This document shows positions 25,994-39,894 of a stretch of DNA of 64,000 bases, piece by piece. Numbering within the stretch: the stretch's first letter is position 1; every line of letters begins with the position of its first letter. The stretch is from Octopus vulgaris (taxonomy: Eukaryota). A model generated the notes under the pieces. The model was not told the origin of the DNA and did no database searches. It was given only the letters and a program-made list of their open reading frames with translations. Where the stretch lies: the NCBI GenBank assembly GCA_951406725.2, contig OX597816.1, positions 129,642,001 to 129,706,000 on the forward strand, read 5' to 3'. Both the position numbers and the translations under genes were made by a program.

Positions 25994-26300
25994 ATCCATC
26001 TTCTCTGCCACTATTCCTGGGGGGGATCGTAGATGTAGAGTCCTCCATAGGGGTCTATCAGAAATAATTATCATTAGACTTTCCACCTGCATTCCCAAGC
26101 ACAATCAAATGAAACTATGGATATTATCCAACCATCTTGTTCTTGGTCTCCTGCCAGTTGGCTCAACTTGAAAAAAATCCATTTTGTAAGTCTTTCCTGT
26201 GACATTCCACTCACATGTCCATAGTACTGAAGCTGTGACCTCCCAATGTAGAGAAATAGCAGCTCAACCTGGAGAGAGTATCTGATGACCTCCTTCAGAG
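25994..26300 (-). mobile_element. Old RTE-like LINE 3' fragment (different subfamily)
   Basis: Minus strand gives LQYYGHVSGM...GRRPRTRWLD-like C-terminal ORF2 remnants. Confidence 0.5.
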
Positions 26301-27018
26301 GAATCCCACTTCAATAGGCAAAATATAAAAATGCATTTATTTTTTTTTAATGTATTCTCTTCTACATTTTAATGCTTTTTTATTATTCGTCCACCAAATA
26401 TTAATGTCTGTGTTTTCTGAATTGATTTATTTTCTTCGTATTTAATTTATATTTTCCACATTAATTTATGTTTATTATATTTGGCTGCTTACCATATTTA
26501 TTTATATATTCCTCATATTTAATTCATATATTTTCAATATTTAATTTATGTAAGGTGGCAAGTTGGTGGAATTGTTAGCACTCCAGACAAAATGCTTGGC
26601 AGCATTTCATCCGTCTTTATGTTCTGAGTTCAAACTCTGCTTTGCCTTTCATCCTTTCATGGTTGATAAAATAAGTATCAGTTGAACACTGGGGTTGATG
26701 TAATCAACTTCCTCCCTCTCCCAAAGTTGCTGGCCTTGTGCTAAAATTTGAAGCCAATATTTAATTTATGTTTTCTTTATTGAATGCATACATTTTTTTT
26801 CCAGAATTTATGTTTATTTATGTGTTTACTGTACTTAACTGATTTTTTTCTGTATTTGATATGTTCATCATATTTAATTATACTTACCATACTTGATTTA
26901 TGTTTTCTGTATCTAGTTTAAATATTTCCCATAATTATTTTAATTTGTTTCCCATACCTAATTTATATGTAAGTATGAATATTTTAGCTTGTAAAATACT
27001 TTCTTTTATTTCACCCAG

Positions 27019-27270
27019 AAAATGGGTATTCCTTTTCAGAAAATCATTTGTGCAAACAATGAAAATAACATTATTACTGATTTCATGAAGACTGGCTGTT
27101 ATTTCTTGCATGGACGTAGCTTATTACGTACCATCTCTCCCTCTATCGATATTCTAATGCCATCGAATCTTGAAAGATATCTTTACCATATCTCCGGCAA
27201 CTCAACTCACCTTGTGAAACAGTATAATAAATCTTTAAAAGATCGTGGCTGTTTTCAAGTTAATAAAGAA
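27019..27270 (+). CDS. THNSL1: THNSL1 internal exon
   Basis: cacccAG|AAA...GAA|GTaagt; encodes KMGIPFQKIICANNENN...TISPSIDILMPSNLERYL..., with SPSIDI and SNLER motifs. Confidence 0.95.
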
Positions 27271-27414
27271 GTAAGTTAAAGCATTTGTTTCAAACATTGC
27301 TATCCATCTAAACAATGTGTTCATCACATACTGTATCATTGTAATTTTTTATAACAATGGAGCCTGGTGCTGCCTCTTATCTTATAAGTTCCTGTCAAAC
27401 CATTCAGTTCCTAT

Positions 27415-28052
27415 CAAACCATATGACATCAGGACAGTATTCAAGAGTAATGCAACACTTTGCAAATATCTCCTTTGAGTAAAACCACCAATAGAAGAGA
27501 ATATGACCAAAGACTGTGTGTACTCCATCCCATGCAGCTGTGGTAGGTTATACAAAGGTGAAACATGCTGCCATCTCATAATAAGGGTAGAGAAACATCG
27601 CAAAGTTGTGACACAGGGAGATATTGATAAATCAGGTATAGCTAATCATGTATGGAAAAATGAAAACCACCTCCCCCTGTGGGATGAAGTTAAATAATAG
27701 ACAGAAAACACCACTGAAAAATACAAAAACTAAAAGAAGCAGCACATATGCTAGGACACAACAACCTCCTAAGCAGACCGAGTGCAGGTATGAGTAGCAT
27801 ATGGGAGCCTGTATTATGGAAAAATAGGAAAATATTAGATTTATAAGCCCTAAAATTCATTCCATAATTGTCCATGGGCATATGGCATAGTGGTTAAGAG
27901 TTCGATTCCAGGCAGTGACCTGGAATGATATTATAATAATAATATCTTAGGAATGAGAACCCAGGTTTGAAATTTCTCCAAGATACCTGATGACGCCAAA
28001 ACAGTGTGTTAACAAGATGAGGACAAATATCCGTCAAATGTAAATAATGTAG
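27415..28052 (+). mobile_element. Penelope-like element, GIY-YIG endonuclease fragment plus 3' region
   Basis: CVYSIPCSCGRLYKGET...SGIANHVW...KEAAH; closely similar to 50704-51465; deletions in the tRNA-like segment and the hammerhead. Confidence 0.88.
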
Positions 28053-28515
28053 CAAACAATCTTCACAGAGTATGTTTGGCTGGAGGGATTGGTTTGGTTT
28101 GGTTGAGTATAGGTGTAGTATGTTTGTTGTGAAAAAAAGATTTTCACAATTCCATGTCCCACTATAAAAAAAAAGAAAGAATGTTGGATCTCATGCTCTG
28201 CCACAATTTTACCAGGTCCCACCAGTGGGGCATATGCCCACGTTGGGAATCATTGCTCTAGGGTTTGCTAAAATAGTTATCAACAAACTGTTGGGATCAA
28301 TGCAATGACTATATACCCTTCTAATATAAGTCTCATACATCTGTAAAAAGAAATATTTATGGGGATAATTATTTCATTATTTTTAAACATCTTCAGGCTT
28401 TTTTTGTGGGGCTCCTTTCATCACATATTATTGAGAATGGGGTTTCCTGCTCCAAACCCATTTCTTACCAATCATTATTAGTCACTTTTTATGTATACTT
28501 TTTTGATTTTTATAG

Positions 28516-28606
28516 ATTTTGAATAAAATTCAGTCTGACATGTATGCTGATTGGTGCTCAGAAGAAGATTGCTTGGATACCATTCTGACAACATATAAAA
28601 CATCTG
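28516..28606 (+). CDS. THNSL1: THNSL1 internal exon
   Basis: tttatAG|ATT...TCTG|GTaaat; encodes ILNKIQSDMYADWCSEEDCLDTILTTYKTS(G), resembling the ADWCSE segment of THNSL1; in frame. Confidence 0.92.
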
Positions 28607-30389
28607 GTAAATGACAATCATAAACTAATTTTTCTAAACTTTAGTACTATCAATTAATCTTATTATTTCTCAAGTCTTGAAAGCTTTTAGTTTTATCATA
28701 TTAGATGAAAAGTTGCAATGGCTTTGTTCACATCCCTTTACTTGCATAATAGTTATCCAGTATAAGGCTTTGAAAAACTCACAAAAAACTGACAGAAGAA
28801 TGGTTAAAAAACCCAGAAAGATTCAACTGAAGTAACACAAATTATCTGTAAATTGATCGGTTGTAGCAATGGTTGTTTTACCCCAGACAAACCTAGGGTT
28901 AAACGTATTCAAGTAAAGAACATCCTGTATTTATCAAGTATAATACACTGCAGATTACATTATCTGTGCTCTTTTAGTATGGTAATCTGTGGTTTGATGG
29001 AAACATTACTGTTATTTTTGGCAGGCCTTGCATCACCACAGAGGGGCTCCTTCATTAGGCTTGATTGGTAGTTTGCTAGTTTGTTACAGATAGCCGTAGA
29101 AACACTGCCAGATTTGACTGGGCCTGATGAAGCCTTCTGGCTTCACAGACCCCAGTAGAACCGTCCAACCCATGCTAGCATGGAAAACGGACGCTAAACG
29201 ATGATGATGATGATGATGATGATGATGGAAGTCTCTCATGTGAGACTGATGACCTTGAGTGAAATCATTGATTAAATACATTAACTTGAAAACGCAGTGT
29301 GACTGCTGTATGGTGAATAACTCCTATTATTATTGAGTGGCTAAATCTGTTTCTGTTCAGCTGTGCTTACCATTTCTAGTAACTGAGATGCTACTTCTGC
29401 TGCTTACCAATTTTGGTAATACTGTTAGAATAAAGTAAATATAGTTTTGTGCTACTTAACTTTTTTTAATTCCTGGAGAATAGGAAAAGTTAATATATTA
29501 GAAGAAGGACACTATATTTTGCTAAATGCTGAGTCTTGAAGAACTGTAGTGGAGAGAAACGTCCTTAACCAGCCAGGGGTAAGCATATATCTCCTCTCTA
29601 CAGCAAGACACCTATTACTAGCTTTCTATCATATGCTTGCCTCTCAACAACTGGCATAAACCATTTCCCTCAGTAAAACACCCTACTCAATCAAGGGGTT
29701 TTTTTCTTGCAAGCAACATGACAACCTCACTAGTGCTAGTGACAACAAAAACTACCTAGTACACTCTGTATAGTTGTTGGCATCAGGAAGGACACCTAGC
29801 TATAGAAACCATGCCAAAATAGATATTGGAGCATGATGTAGTCTTCTGACCTGTTGGATCCTGAGAAATTTATTACAACATGGAATACAGATGATGATGT
29901 TCCCGTCCAACCCATGCTAGCATGGAAAACGGACGCTAAACGACGATGATGATGATGACGATAATGATGAATGAACCATGCATCAAAATATTTTCATTAA
30001 GCTTCGTATATAGTCAATAGTAGATTAGGAAAAAAATAAGTAAATTCATTTTGTAGGACATCAGTATGATTTTGCCACTAGGTTAACCTAGATTTTGTGT
30101 AAATTAAGTTCAAGTCCTGGCTCTTGTGTCAGTTATAGTGTTTGATAAAGCAAAAACTTGCAGACAGCTGAATACCAGAACACCAAAGTAATAAAGCTAG
30201 CTCGACTACCTTTGAACTACTGACCCTGCTAAACTCCCCCCCCCTCTCTCTCCCCTTCTCTCTGGCTAATTTTGTATCATAAGTTATTAAATTTAATAAT
30301 ACATTTAAGATTTATCTAGTGAACAGTAGTTACAAATTATGATGTGAAAAGGTTGATACAAGTATTTTGTACTTTTTTTTTCTTTTCAG

Positions 30390-30727
30390 GATATCTTCTT
30401 GATACTCACACAGCAGTAGCGAAGGTTGTTGCTGACCGATACCAAAAGTCCACTAATAGTAATGAGCCAATGATTATTGCTTCAACAGCTCATTATATGA
30501 AATTTGGTGACACAATACTGCCCACTATTCTTCAAGATCGCCAACACTTTAAAGAACTGCCATTAACAGACATGATGGAAATATTTAAGGAATTACAACC
30601 CAGCCCCAAGCCTCATTCAAAAGTCTGTGAAATGATTAAAAAATCCCAAGTCCACTATACAGTATGTAAAGCCTGTGAAAATACTATAAAGAATGAATTA
30701 CTCAAGTTTGTAGCATCACTATCCTGA
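30390..30727 (+). CDS. THNSL1: THNSL1 terminal coding exon
   Basis: ttttcAG|GA; encodes GYLLDTHTAVAKVVADRY...STAHYMKF...; stop TGA at 30725-30727; candidate AATAAA near 31340. Confidence 0.94.
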
Positions 30728-33272
30728 TAATATATCATTATTGCCAAGAGGTAATTTTGTCATAGTTTTATTCTCAATCTTAAGTGATGTTTACTTATTA
30801 ACTTGAGTACTAATCATCACTGTTAATCATAATGTAACTTTTTGATACTACAAAGGCAGTTGACAGTGTAACATTCAGAGTCCTGTCATTATTAACATCA
30901 AATAATAATGACATCTCCTCTAATGTCACTGCAAACATCAGTTACTCCTGACCAACATTCATAACAATTCCTGTAATATAATTCTGTAAATTATTTGTTT
31001 TCGTTTGTTGCTACTGTAAATACCAGTTCTTGCCAATTATTATGCTAAACAGTGGTTTCTGTTGACATGATAAATACCCTTTCTTGCCAGCTGATATGGG
31101 AAAATCAGTTTCCTGTGGGACTACAAGTGTTTCAAATGCCATCACTAATATTTAGATAGTTTACTTTTGTAAATTCATCTAAATGCAAGCTGTGAGATGT
31201 TGCAGGTAAAAGTTCACACTGTAATTAAGTGTCTTAATTCATACAGGACCTTGGGGGGGGGGGTGAATTTCTCTTCATTTGGTTCAATGAAAGCAAAAAA
31301 GGAAGTGGAAATATCTAAGAAAATCATGTTCAATCAGTAAATAAAGTTCTCATTTCGCTGATTTAGTATATTTCTTTTACATGGCTGTGTGGTCAGACGT
31401 TTGCTTTCTAACCACATTGGGTTCAGTTCAACTACATGACACCTTGGGCAAGTGCCTTCTGCTATAGCCCAAGGCCAACAAAAGCCTTGTGAGTGGATTT
31501 GATAGAGAGAAATTAAAAGATGCCAGTCATGTATGTGTGCCTTGACATCGTGTGATAGTTGTGAGTGTAACTGTCATACAAGCAGTGTTATTTCTAATAC
31601 TGTGCAAGAACATGTCTAGTGAGGAGAAATATTACCTTGCTTAGAAACAGGTGTGGTTTGGCTACAAGAAGGGCATCCACCCATAGAAAATCTGCCTCAA
31701 ATAAGCTCTATTTGACCCATGCAAACATGGAAAAGTGAATGTTAAATGATGATGATTGCTGCTTGTTGAAGCAATTATTTTTACTGTTAGCTGTCCCTCA
31801 TAATATTGATTATCCAAAAGTAAAATAACATGTTAAGTAAGTTAAGCAGAGATGTATTTTCTGATGGAATAACATTTTAAAGTGTTAACTTTATATATTT
31901 CATACAGTACTTCATTTCAAATGGATTCATTTCTTTAGGAGCTATATTTGTCATGTCTCTGTATGAGTGTTCAGGCATGAACATGTATTTAACTCAAGCT
32001 TTCAATTCTCTTCTCCACTACATCACGGTCCACATACAAATACTTGCTGTAGAATATGTACATAATAAATATGGTGCTGAATGATGAGCAGATATCAAAC
32101 TAGGTCAAACTAATGTTTTACAAATCATTGATGAGGTTAATAATCATAAATGTTGTTCCATCAAAGATAATAACTCAGCTCTGATTATAAAACATTTCAT
32201 ATTTTAAGCTGTGTACTTTACTGAAAGACACAGTACTGATGATTCTATGATTAGTAAATGAACAAAATGTTACTACTGTCATGAAATGGATGCTGCTGCC
32301 ACTGCCAACATCACCATCATTGCTGTTATTATTATTTTAACATCTGCTCTAAAGCAATGAGCTGGCAGAAACATTGCCACATCAGAATGAATTTTTTATA
32401 GTTTCTTCCAGCTTATTATGTTCTGAGTTCATGTCTCACTAGGGTTGGTGAAATTTGCCTTTCATCCGTTTTAGGGTCAATAAAATAAAGTACCAGTTGA
32501 ATACTTGTCACCTTTCTCTTTGGCCGAATAACCATGTACTTCTTCTATAGCAAGACCCCTGTTTCTGTTTCTCTGTCTCTTTGTCACACTCTAACCTTTC
32601 ATCATCTGACTAAAGATCACCTCCTCCAATGCACCATCCCCTCTCAAAACTCCATGTCTTACAAGTCACTTGGTAACCCTGCTGGTGCTGGTGCTACGTA
32701 AAAAGCATCCAGTCCACACTGTGAAGTGGTTGGCCAGCTGTAAAAACTATGCCAAAACTAACCTCATCTGTGCAGGTGCCATGTAAAAATCACTCAGTCC
32801 ACTCTGTTGGGTGGTTGGTGTTAGGAAGAGCATTCAGGCATAAAGATACAGTAGCTTGGTATAGTCTTCTACCTGGCTGACAACTGTCAAACCGTCCAAT
32901 CCATGTCAGCATGGAAGGCAGATGTTAAAAGATGATGATGATAGCGAAATAATTTGAATAATGACACAAGTTTGATTGAAGATGAAACATATATTTAATT
33001 TTGAAAATCAGTTATAGATCATAGAGTTTGTTTTAATGAATCATGACAAAATTAAAAGCAAGAGATGTTTGCTAACATAATTACTGAACTCTGCACTCAT
33101 TAATTCTCTTCAGAACTATTCACATCTTTCTATTTTGACCAGAAGAAGCCATCAGAGGATCACTATCAACTCTACCGAAACTTAATGGCTAATGGCAGTA
33201 AGGTCTAACCTTCACAACATCAGCAACAAAGAGCAGAGTAACTGTAATGTGTCACTATTCATTTTACTGTTG

Positions 33273-33379
33273 TTAGTCTCTTTCAAATCCAGGATCTTCC
33301 AACAGAGCAGACATTTTTAATGCTAGTGGCATGCTTGATGCTACTAAAACCTTTCGGCTCATTAAATCAAATTTATCAC
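33273..33379 (-). CDS. IMPA1: IMPase terminal coding exon
   Basis: ttttcAG|GT; encodes GDKFDLMSRKVLVASS...PGFERD, stop TAA at 33275-33273; the spliced CDS totals 840 nt (279 aa). Confidence 0.93.
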
Positions 33380-33462
33380 CTGAAAAAAACAAAACAAAAT
33401 GAAATATTGCATCAGATCAGATTAGATTTGTGTGTGTGTGTCTGTGGGTGCATGTGTATACA

Positions 33463-33680
33463 TACAAGGGGATGCTGAAAAGTTCCTGGCTTTGGGTAAA
33501 AGAAAATACAAGAGGCTCAGTTAATTATGATTTTATTCAACATACTTCTTTCTCAGATTCACACACTTATTGCAGTGGTCCTTCAATTTTTCTAAAACCT
33601 GTAAAAGAACTCGGAAGGTCAGGTCTCCAAATAGGCCTTTCATAATACCCTTAAAGCCAGGAACTTTCCTCAGCACCCCG
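33463..33680. mobile_element. Mariner-derived MITE
   Basis: TIRs GGGGATGCTGAAAAGTTCCTGGCTTT / AAAGCCAGGAACTTTCCTCAGCACCCC. Confidence 0.72.
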
Positions 33681-33967
33681 CCTTTTATTTATATATATGT
33701 GTGTGTATGTATATATATATATGACTGAAGGTGTTAGAACACTGACACTGCTAGAAGTAAGAGCTGAAGGGTTCTGTTGCTGCTGTCAACACATAAAATT
33801 GTATACATACATGCTGGCAGCGACTGTATATACAGAGAGAGTCCAACCCATGCCAACATGGATGTTAAAAGATCATGATTACATTAAATTTACCATATAT
33901 ATATATATATATACACGTTTATGAATTTGTGTTGCAAGATTCTTGATGTGAAACCATGTGTTGAAAC

Positions 33968-34683
33968 AGATATTGTTGTATTTAAGAATGGTCTTTTTTG
34001 TTTTTGTGAAATAAACACATGCACTATATATTTGTTCTTCACTCATTTATTACAGTTCTTATTATAACTCATGTCCATTGTCTGGAAATCTTGCTCCACT
34101 CAGTCCATTCTGTTCTTCTACGATGTGTATCCTTATATGCCTTAGTTCCATCCCCTCCCCCATTGCTGCTGCTGCTACCCTCACCCCAGCTTTTGGTACC
34201 ATTCCTGTATCTCTGTGTTTGTGTGTATTCGCCCATGTTGCTACCATCATGGTAGCTCTTGTTGTTGCTGTTGATGTGGTCATTGTTGGTTGCGTTGTTG
34301 ATATTGTTGCGGCTGTTTGTGAAGTTAGTGTGTGTTTGTGTGTGTATATGGGTAAAGGTAGCAGCAGCGGCAACATAGGAGGGGATGGGGCTGAGGGGAG
34401 GGTCATAGAGTTACTAAGAACAACGACACACTCTCACTAATACAGACGCAAACGCATGTGCATATAAGGATACACATAGAAGAACAGAATGGACTAAGTG
34501 GAGCAAGAGCATACACAAGGACAGAAAGTGTTGCTGAAGAGGTCACAGATGTGTGACCAAAGATTTCCAGACAGTGGACATGAGTTAGAATAAGTACAGT
34601 AATAAATGAATGAAGAACGAATATATAGTGTGTGTGTGTTTATTTGGCAAAAAAAAAATGACCACCCCAAAATAGAACAATAT
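33968..34683. mobile_element. Foldback Penelope-like remnant with decayed hammerhead
   Basis: About 33968-34140 is inverted relative to about 34460-34683; the right arm carries CTGAAGA-GGTCACA..TGTGACC-AAAG; downstream sequence is similar to 60456-60570. Confidence 0.6.
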
Positions 34684-34728
34684 ATATATGCAGAGAGAGT
34701 GAGAGAGAGAGAGAGAGTATTTACTTAC

Positions 34729-34880
34729 CAGAAGGATCTATTACAACTCCTCCTGCTTCTTCCACAATAACAGCCCCAGCAGCAATGTCCCAACAGTGGA
34801 TGCCATGTTCTGCATATCCATCTTCTTCTCCTTGAGCAACATTACACATATTTAGTGCAGCAGAACCATATGCTCTCAAG
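34729..34880 (-). CDS. IMPA1: IMPase exon (152 nt)
   Basis: Encodes [50 protein letters not shown], with the WDxAAG and EAGG signatures; aAG acceptor and GTaagt donor. Confidence 0.95.
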
Positions 34881-35866
34881 CTTTAGAAAAAGAAAAACAA
34901 AGCAGAATAGAATACTCACAGAAAAAATTGTTAAGAATTTCTCAGAATCAAATATACATTAGAGAATCTATTAACAAGTTACAGATGATATGAGCGAATT
35001 TTCAATGTCTGATATTCAATCCATGACTTAAAGCAGAATGGTTTCACAATATAATATTATACAACATCATATTACATCCCCTCCACAGAAATATATCTCA
35101 CCATATTGCATTACAATATGCAACACTCTACCTTACTGCCACATATCCTAGTATAAAATTCTATATGACCATACTATCATAAGCTGGTGCATATTAATAA
35201 TTTCAGCCAGAAAAAGAAAAAAATCTACCTCATTGTTACATCATTAGTGTTTACAAGAAAAGCATGAATGTCTCATACTTTCATTTCTTCCTCTTTTACA
35301 ATTCAATGTCTACATAGGAAATCAATACATTGATCATATCTAGGAAACCTATGTTGTGGACAATTTTTTTCTCCAAGCAACTGATAAACAAGTGATGCTA
35401 TAATAACTACAAGAATGATGGTATTTGAGTTATCAGACCTTGAATACTAAATGATGGGAAAATTATATATCATCATCATCATCATCATTTAATGTCCGTT
35501 TTCCATGCTGGCATGGGTTGGGACAGTTTGACCTGAGCTGGTAAGCTGGACCAGGTTCCACTCTGATTTGGCCTGGTGTCTATGGCTAGATGCCCTTCCT
35601 AATGTCAATCACTTTACAGAGTATGCTGGCTACTTTTTACATAGCACCAGTACAGTTGCTTTTAATGTGGACTGGCAAAGGTTCTTTTCATGTGGACTGG
35701 CACAGATGCTGTTTACATGGACTGATAGTAGGGCTCTTGCAAAGCAAAATCCTCTTTAGCTGGGAGAGGAGCATTAAAAATTCTGCTGTGGTGGATGAGT
35801 CTTCCTGGGTATAGCAAAGTATCAGATATGTCAGGCCTTGGTCATCTCCTTCGTATATATGTGTGG

Positions 35867-35910
<44 letters not shown>

Positions 35911-36759
35911 CCTTCAGAGCGCTTTTCATTCAAAAGCCATTCTGACTTCCCATTTGTTCTTTGTATTTGATTCTTTGCATTTTTTACTTACCACTCCCCA
36001 AATACATACCAAACATCCTGCTTCATTAATGGATCTAGGAACTACTATAAATGCACACATCATACCAACATCATCCTGCCACACACTGTAGCGAAATGTA
36101 CATGTAACATATTGTAACATATTAAGTAACCTGATGAGGTTTCTTTTGCACTGGGGTGCATTCGATTCCATTATATCATTCCTCACTCACTAGGGAACAG
36201 TGCAGTTGTAAGCCGAAACAATTGTCATACTAAATAAAGCTTACAGTACACTTTGTCCTCCCTATCAATTAAAATATACTAAACATGCACTAAGGAATTC
36301 CTTACATAAATCCAGCGACTAAAGTGCAGTACCACAGATGATGCCTGGTAGTTGTAAGTGGTGAACATGCTCTCAAGGCACACTACTAGGGAGGGTCATA
36401 ACCCAAACAAGGTTTGGATACAACATTTTAAAATCTCCTATCTAAACTTTAATTTTAAACGTAACCAACATGCATGCATGCATGCATGTATGTATGTATG
36501 CATGTATGCATGCATGCATGCATGCATGTATGTATGCATGCATGCATGCATGCATGCATGCATGTATGTATGTATGTATATAGTTCATAGATGAGAATCA
36601 GATATTCTCCATATAAAAGACACTTAGTAGTGCTCAAGAGGTTTAAACTTGAGCAGGTAAAAGAGTAAGTGTACTTTTTTGTATTTAATATATTTAATAT
36701 TCTTTGTATATCGATCTGCCTAACTTGCTTATCATTACATTTACTCATATATACATACA

Positions 36760-36791
<32 letters not shown>

Positions 36792-37001
36792 TTTGAGTAG
36801 AATAAATTGCACAAACATTGTATGATATATATAAATGCTTTTAAGTTTTGCAAAGCTAAAACATTGCAAGTTATAAGAAATAATACAAGTTGAGTTGTGT
36901 ATCTTATAACTTGCATTTTTTGGTTTTAAAATTAAGCACACACACATAGTTTGCATGAAACATTGTCTGATATATAAATACATCTAATTTTTTTTTCCAT
37001 A

Positions 37002-37217
37002 AATCAGAACAGCAGGTTATAAGAAATAAAACAGGTCAAATGTATTACCTTGTCTGTCAGTAATTCAGAATTAGCATCCCTTCTTCGGGAAATCTTTGGA
37101 GGAAAAAGTGTTATGAGTTGACTCCAAAGATTTCCTGAAGGGGTTAAATCCAATTATTAAAATACTAAGTAATACCACTGACCTGTATTATTTCTTATAA
37201 CTTCTATTGTTTTGATT
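37002..37217. repeat. MITE-like inverted repeat
   Basis: AATCAGAACAGCAGGTTATAAGAAATAAAACAGGTCA / TGACCTGTATTATTTCTTATAACTTCTATTGTTTTGATT; related short hairpin at 36866-36915. Confidence 0.6.
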
Positions 37218-37595
37218 GTGAGACAAACTTTGTTCTTAAAGCTATCCCATTTTTTTTGCTTCTGGAAACATTTTCCAGTATACTAGGCCAAGTTGCACAT
37301 GGGATGAAAAATTCCTAGTAACAATAGCCTGCATTTTTAAAATTATTTTTATAAGTTAATGAGGAGCAATACTTCATAACTTTGCAGATTTTCTCAGATC
37401 AATAAGATTAAGGTGCTTAATGTACAGCCTGAATACCTGTAGTTTAATGTTTGCAGATAGAAGCATGAGCAGAAAACCAGAGAAAAAAGTGCTTCTTGCA
37501 GGTTCTGGGGAGTGAGAGACCAATAAGGATACGGTTAAACAAAAACTAATCTCCTATGGAATATCATTGTTAAACTAAAGTAAAATAAGTCTTAC

Positions 37596-37701
37596 CCATG
37601 ACTTGCTTTGTTTAGATTGAAGAGGTTCCTAAACTTGACAGCCATCTTGTCTGGTTCTCTGTTAGAGCCAAATTCCATAATAAACATGGCTGACTCTATC
37701 T
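37596..37701 (-). CDS. IMPA1: IMPase exon (106 nt)
   Basis: tttAG|AG...GG|GTaaga; encodes (E)IESAMFIMEFGSNREPDKMAVKFRNLFNLNKASH(G); in frame. Confidence 0.9.
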
Positions 37702-39496
37702 CTAAATAAGACAGAAAGAAAAATTCAATACATTCATAAAATATAGCTTTCAAATTCCACCAAGGTCCACTTTGCCCTTTCATCCTCTTGGGATCAATAA
37801 AATAAGTACCACTTGAGCACTGGGGTCGATGTAATCTGATGAGTAAGAGGACTGTACCAATCTACTTTTTACAACCTAGCATGTGTTGGATGTGACTTCT
37901 TATGGCAGTATTCTTCCTGGCACCAGTTCTTGTTTTCAAATAAGATACTTTATTCTAATGGTCTTTACAGGTGGAACTGCCAAGTGAAGTGTTTTGTTTA
38001 TGGGATCATAAACAAATACGACCATTGTCCAAGTGGTGTTAATGAGGACTAAAATACATGTGCATTCAGTCACTCTCACACACACACACACACATAATGA
38101 TAGGTTTCTTCCATACAGTTTCTATTGATCAAATTTCACTCAATGGTGTTTTGTAATACCATGCTGACATAGGAATGGCTGGAAATTTGCATAGAAAAAG
38201 AACAGTTGTTTGAATCAACGCCATTGTATAAAGGGAATTTGCATTATTGTATTCAGTTAAAATTAACCTTGACAAATAATATAAAACATTCAGTTTGGTC
38301 TTTACCATTTCTGCCATTCTTTGGTAATTGTGCTTGTGGTAATAAGGAAGATGACTGTAGTGGCACTGACTAAGATGGTTAACCATCACTGCAATACTGA
38401 TCAAAGAGACAGTGACCATAGTAGTAACAACCAAAATGGAATTGGTCCTATATTACAAGGAATCATAATGATATCCCTATAAACATATAATCCTGCTTAA
38501 AAATTGTAGTTAAGGATCAAATAGACTAAGTTATAAGGCCTAGACAAATTGACACTTTGAATTAAACAAGAATTTCAGACAGGATGTATAACAATTGTTT
38601 ATTGCACAGATGTCCTATTAAACAAGTCCTACAAATGTCATTTGACACAAATTTTGTTTTCCTCAACCCTCATTGCAAGGAATTAAAAGCAAGTCAAGAG
38701 TTAAGCACATTAGCAGCTTGTCTCCACTCTGCACTCACTGCTTTCCACTAACAAAATCATCATCATCGTTTAACAGCCACTTTCCATGTCAGCATGGGCT
38801 GGCCAGGCAGAAGACTGCATCAGACTTCTGTGTCTGTTTTGGCATGGTTTTTATGGCTGGATGCCCTTCCTAACACCAGCCACCCTGCAAAGTGAACTGG
38901 GTGCTTTGATGAAAATGTCATCAACATATAACTGTAAAAATAAGTTTCTCATCACACATATTCCAAAAAAATTTACTGATTTCTATCTTGGGTACACAGT
39001 TAAAAATTATTCAATGAGGGGGAGAAGGTATAGTTGATTTAACCAAACTCAGTACCTTATTTTATTGACTAAAAGAAAAAATGAAGATGAAAAGTTGGCC
39101 CCAGTGAATTTAACCTAAAAATATATAAGGATTGTAACCAAATATCCCAAAACTATTTGCCTGACATTCAACTGTTTCTGCCGATTCATTGCCCTTTAAG
39201 GAAGAGTTCATAGATTCCTAACACAGGTACAAGGTCACACATTTTGAGGGAGGGAAGAGTCAATTATAACAACCTCGGTCCTTGATTGGTGTCTGTTTTA
39301 TTGACCTTCATTTTTACAAGGATGAAAAAGTTAAATTGACCCTAGTGGAATTCAAAATCAAACATAGAAGGTCACAACTAAATACAGCAAAGCAGTTTGG
39401 TCAACATTCTACACTTGACCAACTCATTGACCAAGACCCTACTCTTTTAAGAAAGAATATATTAAAAACAAAATAGTCAGTATAACCATTCAATAC

Positions 39497-39605
39497 CTTC
39501 TAAACCAGTCACTGCTATCTTTTTGTCATTACAAAATGCACCATGTCCTTTTCTTGCTTTAAAAAATACATCTGTGATTGGGTTATACACAATTCCAATT
39601 ACTGG
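39497..39605 (-). CDS. IMPA1: IMPase exon (109 nt)
   Basis: ttttcAG|CCA...G|GTattg; encodes PVIGIVYNPITDVFFKARKGHGAFCNDKKIAVTGLE. Confidence 0.94.
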
Positions 39606-39894
39606 CTGAAAAAAATAAAATGTTTTTAAAAAATAAACATTTAAATATACATATTGAGTATTTACTTTACATTTATTTTTCAAAATATTTGTTTTAGTTT
39701 TACTTCCTCTTGTTCCCTAATGGGTAATGATTTCATTATTTATATTGATATTGATGGAATAAAGCCTGTTCCGCTGTTGTTAAGTGCCTGACAAATTATC
39801 TTAAAAGAACAAAATAGCAGAAACAAATTACAGTATTTTGGTTGTATGCTTGAACAGTTTGCTTCACAGCTATATTGTTTTTAGTTCAGACCCA

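Noticed and set aside
34062-34440. Overlapping 114-aa and 120-aa ORFs in the last IMPase intron
   Set aside because: This is low-complexity (GTT/GCT/TG-rich) spacer sequence of the foldback element, with no homology signal.
36468-36578. (ATGC)n/(ATGT)n self-complementary tract as a structured RNA
   Set aside because: It is an ordinary compound microsatellite; similar tracts occur at 12915 and 22640.
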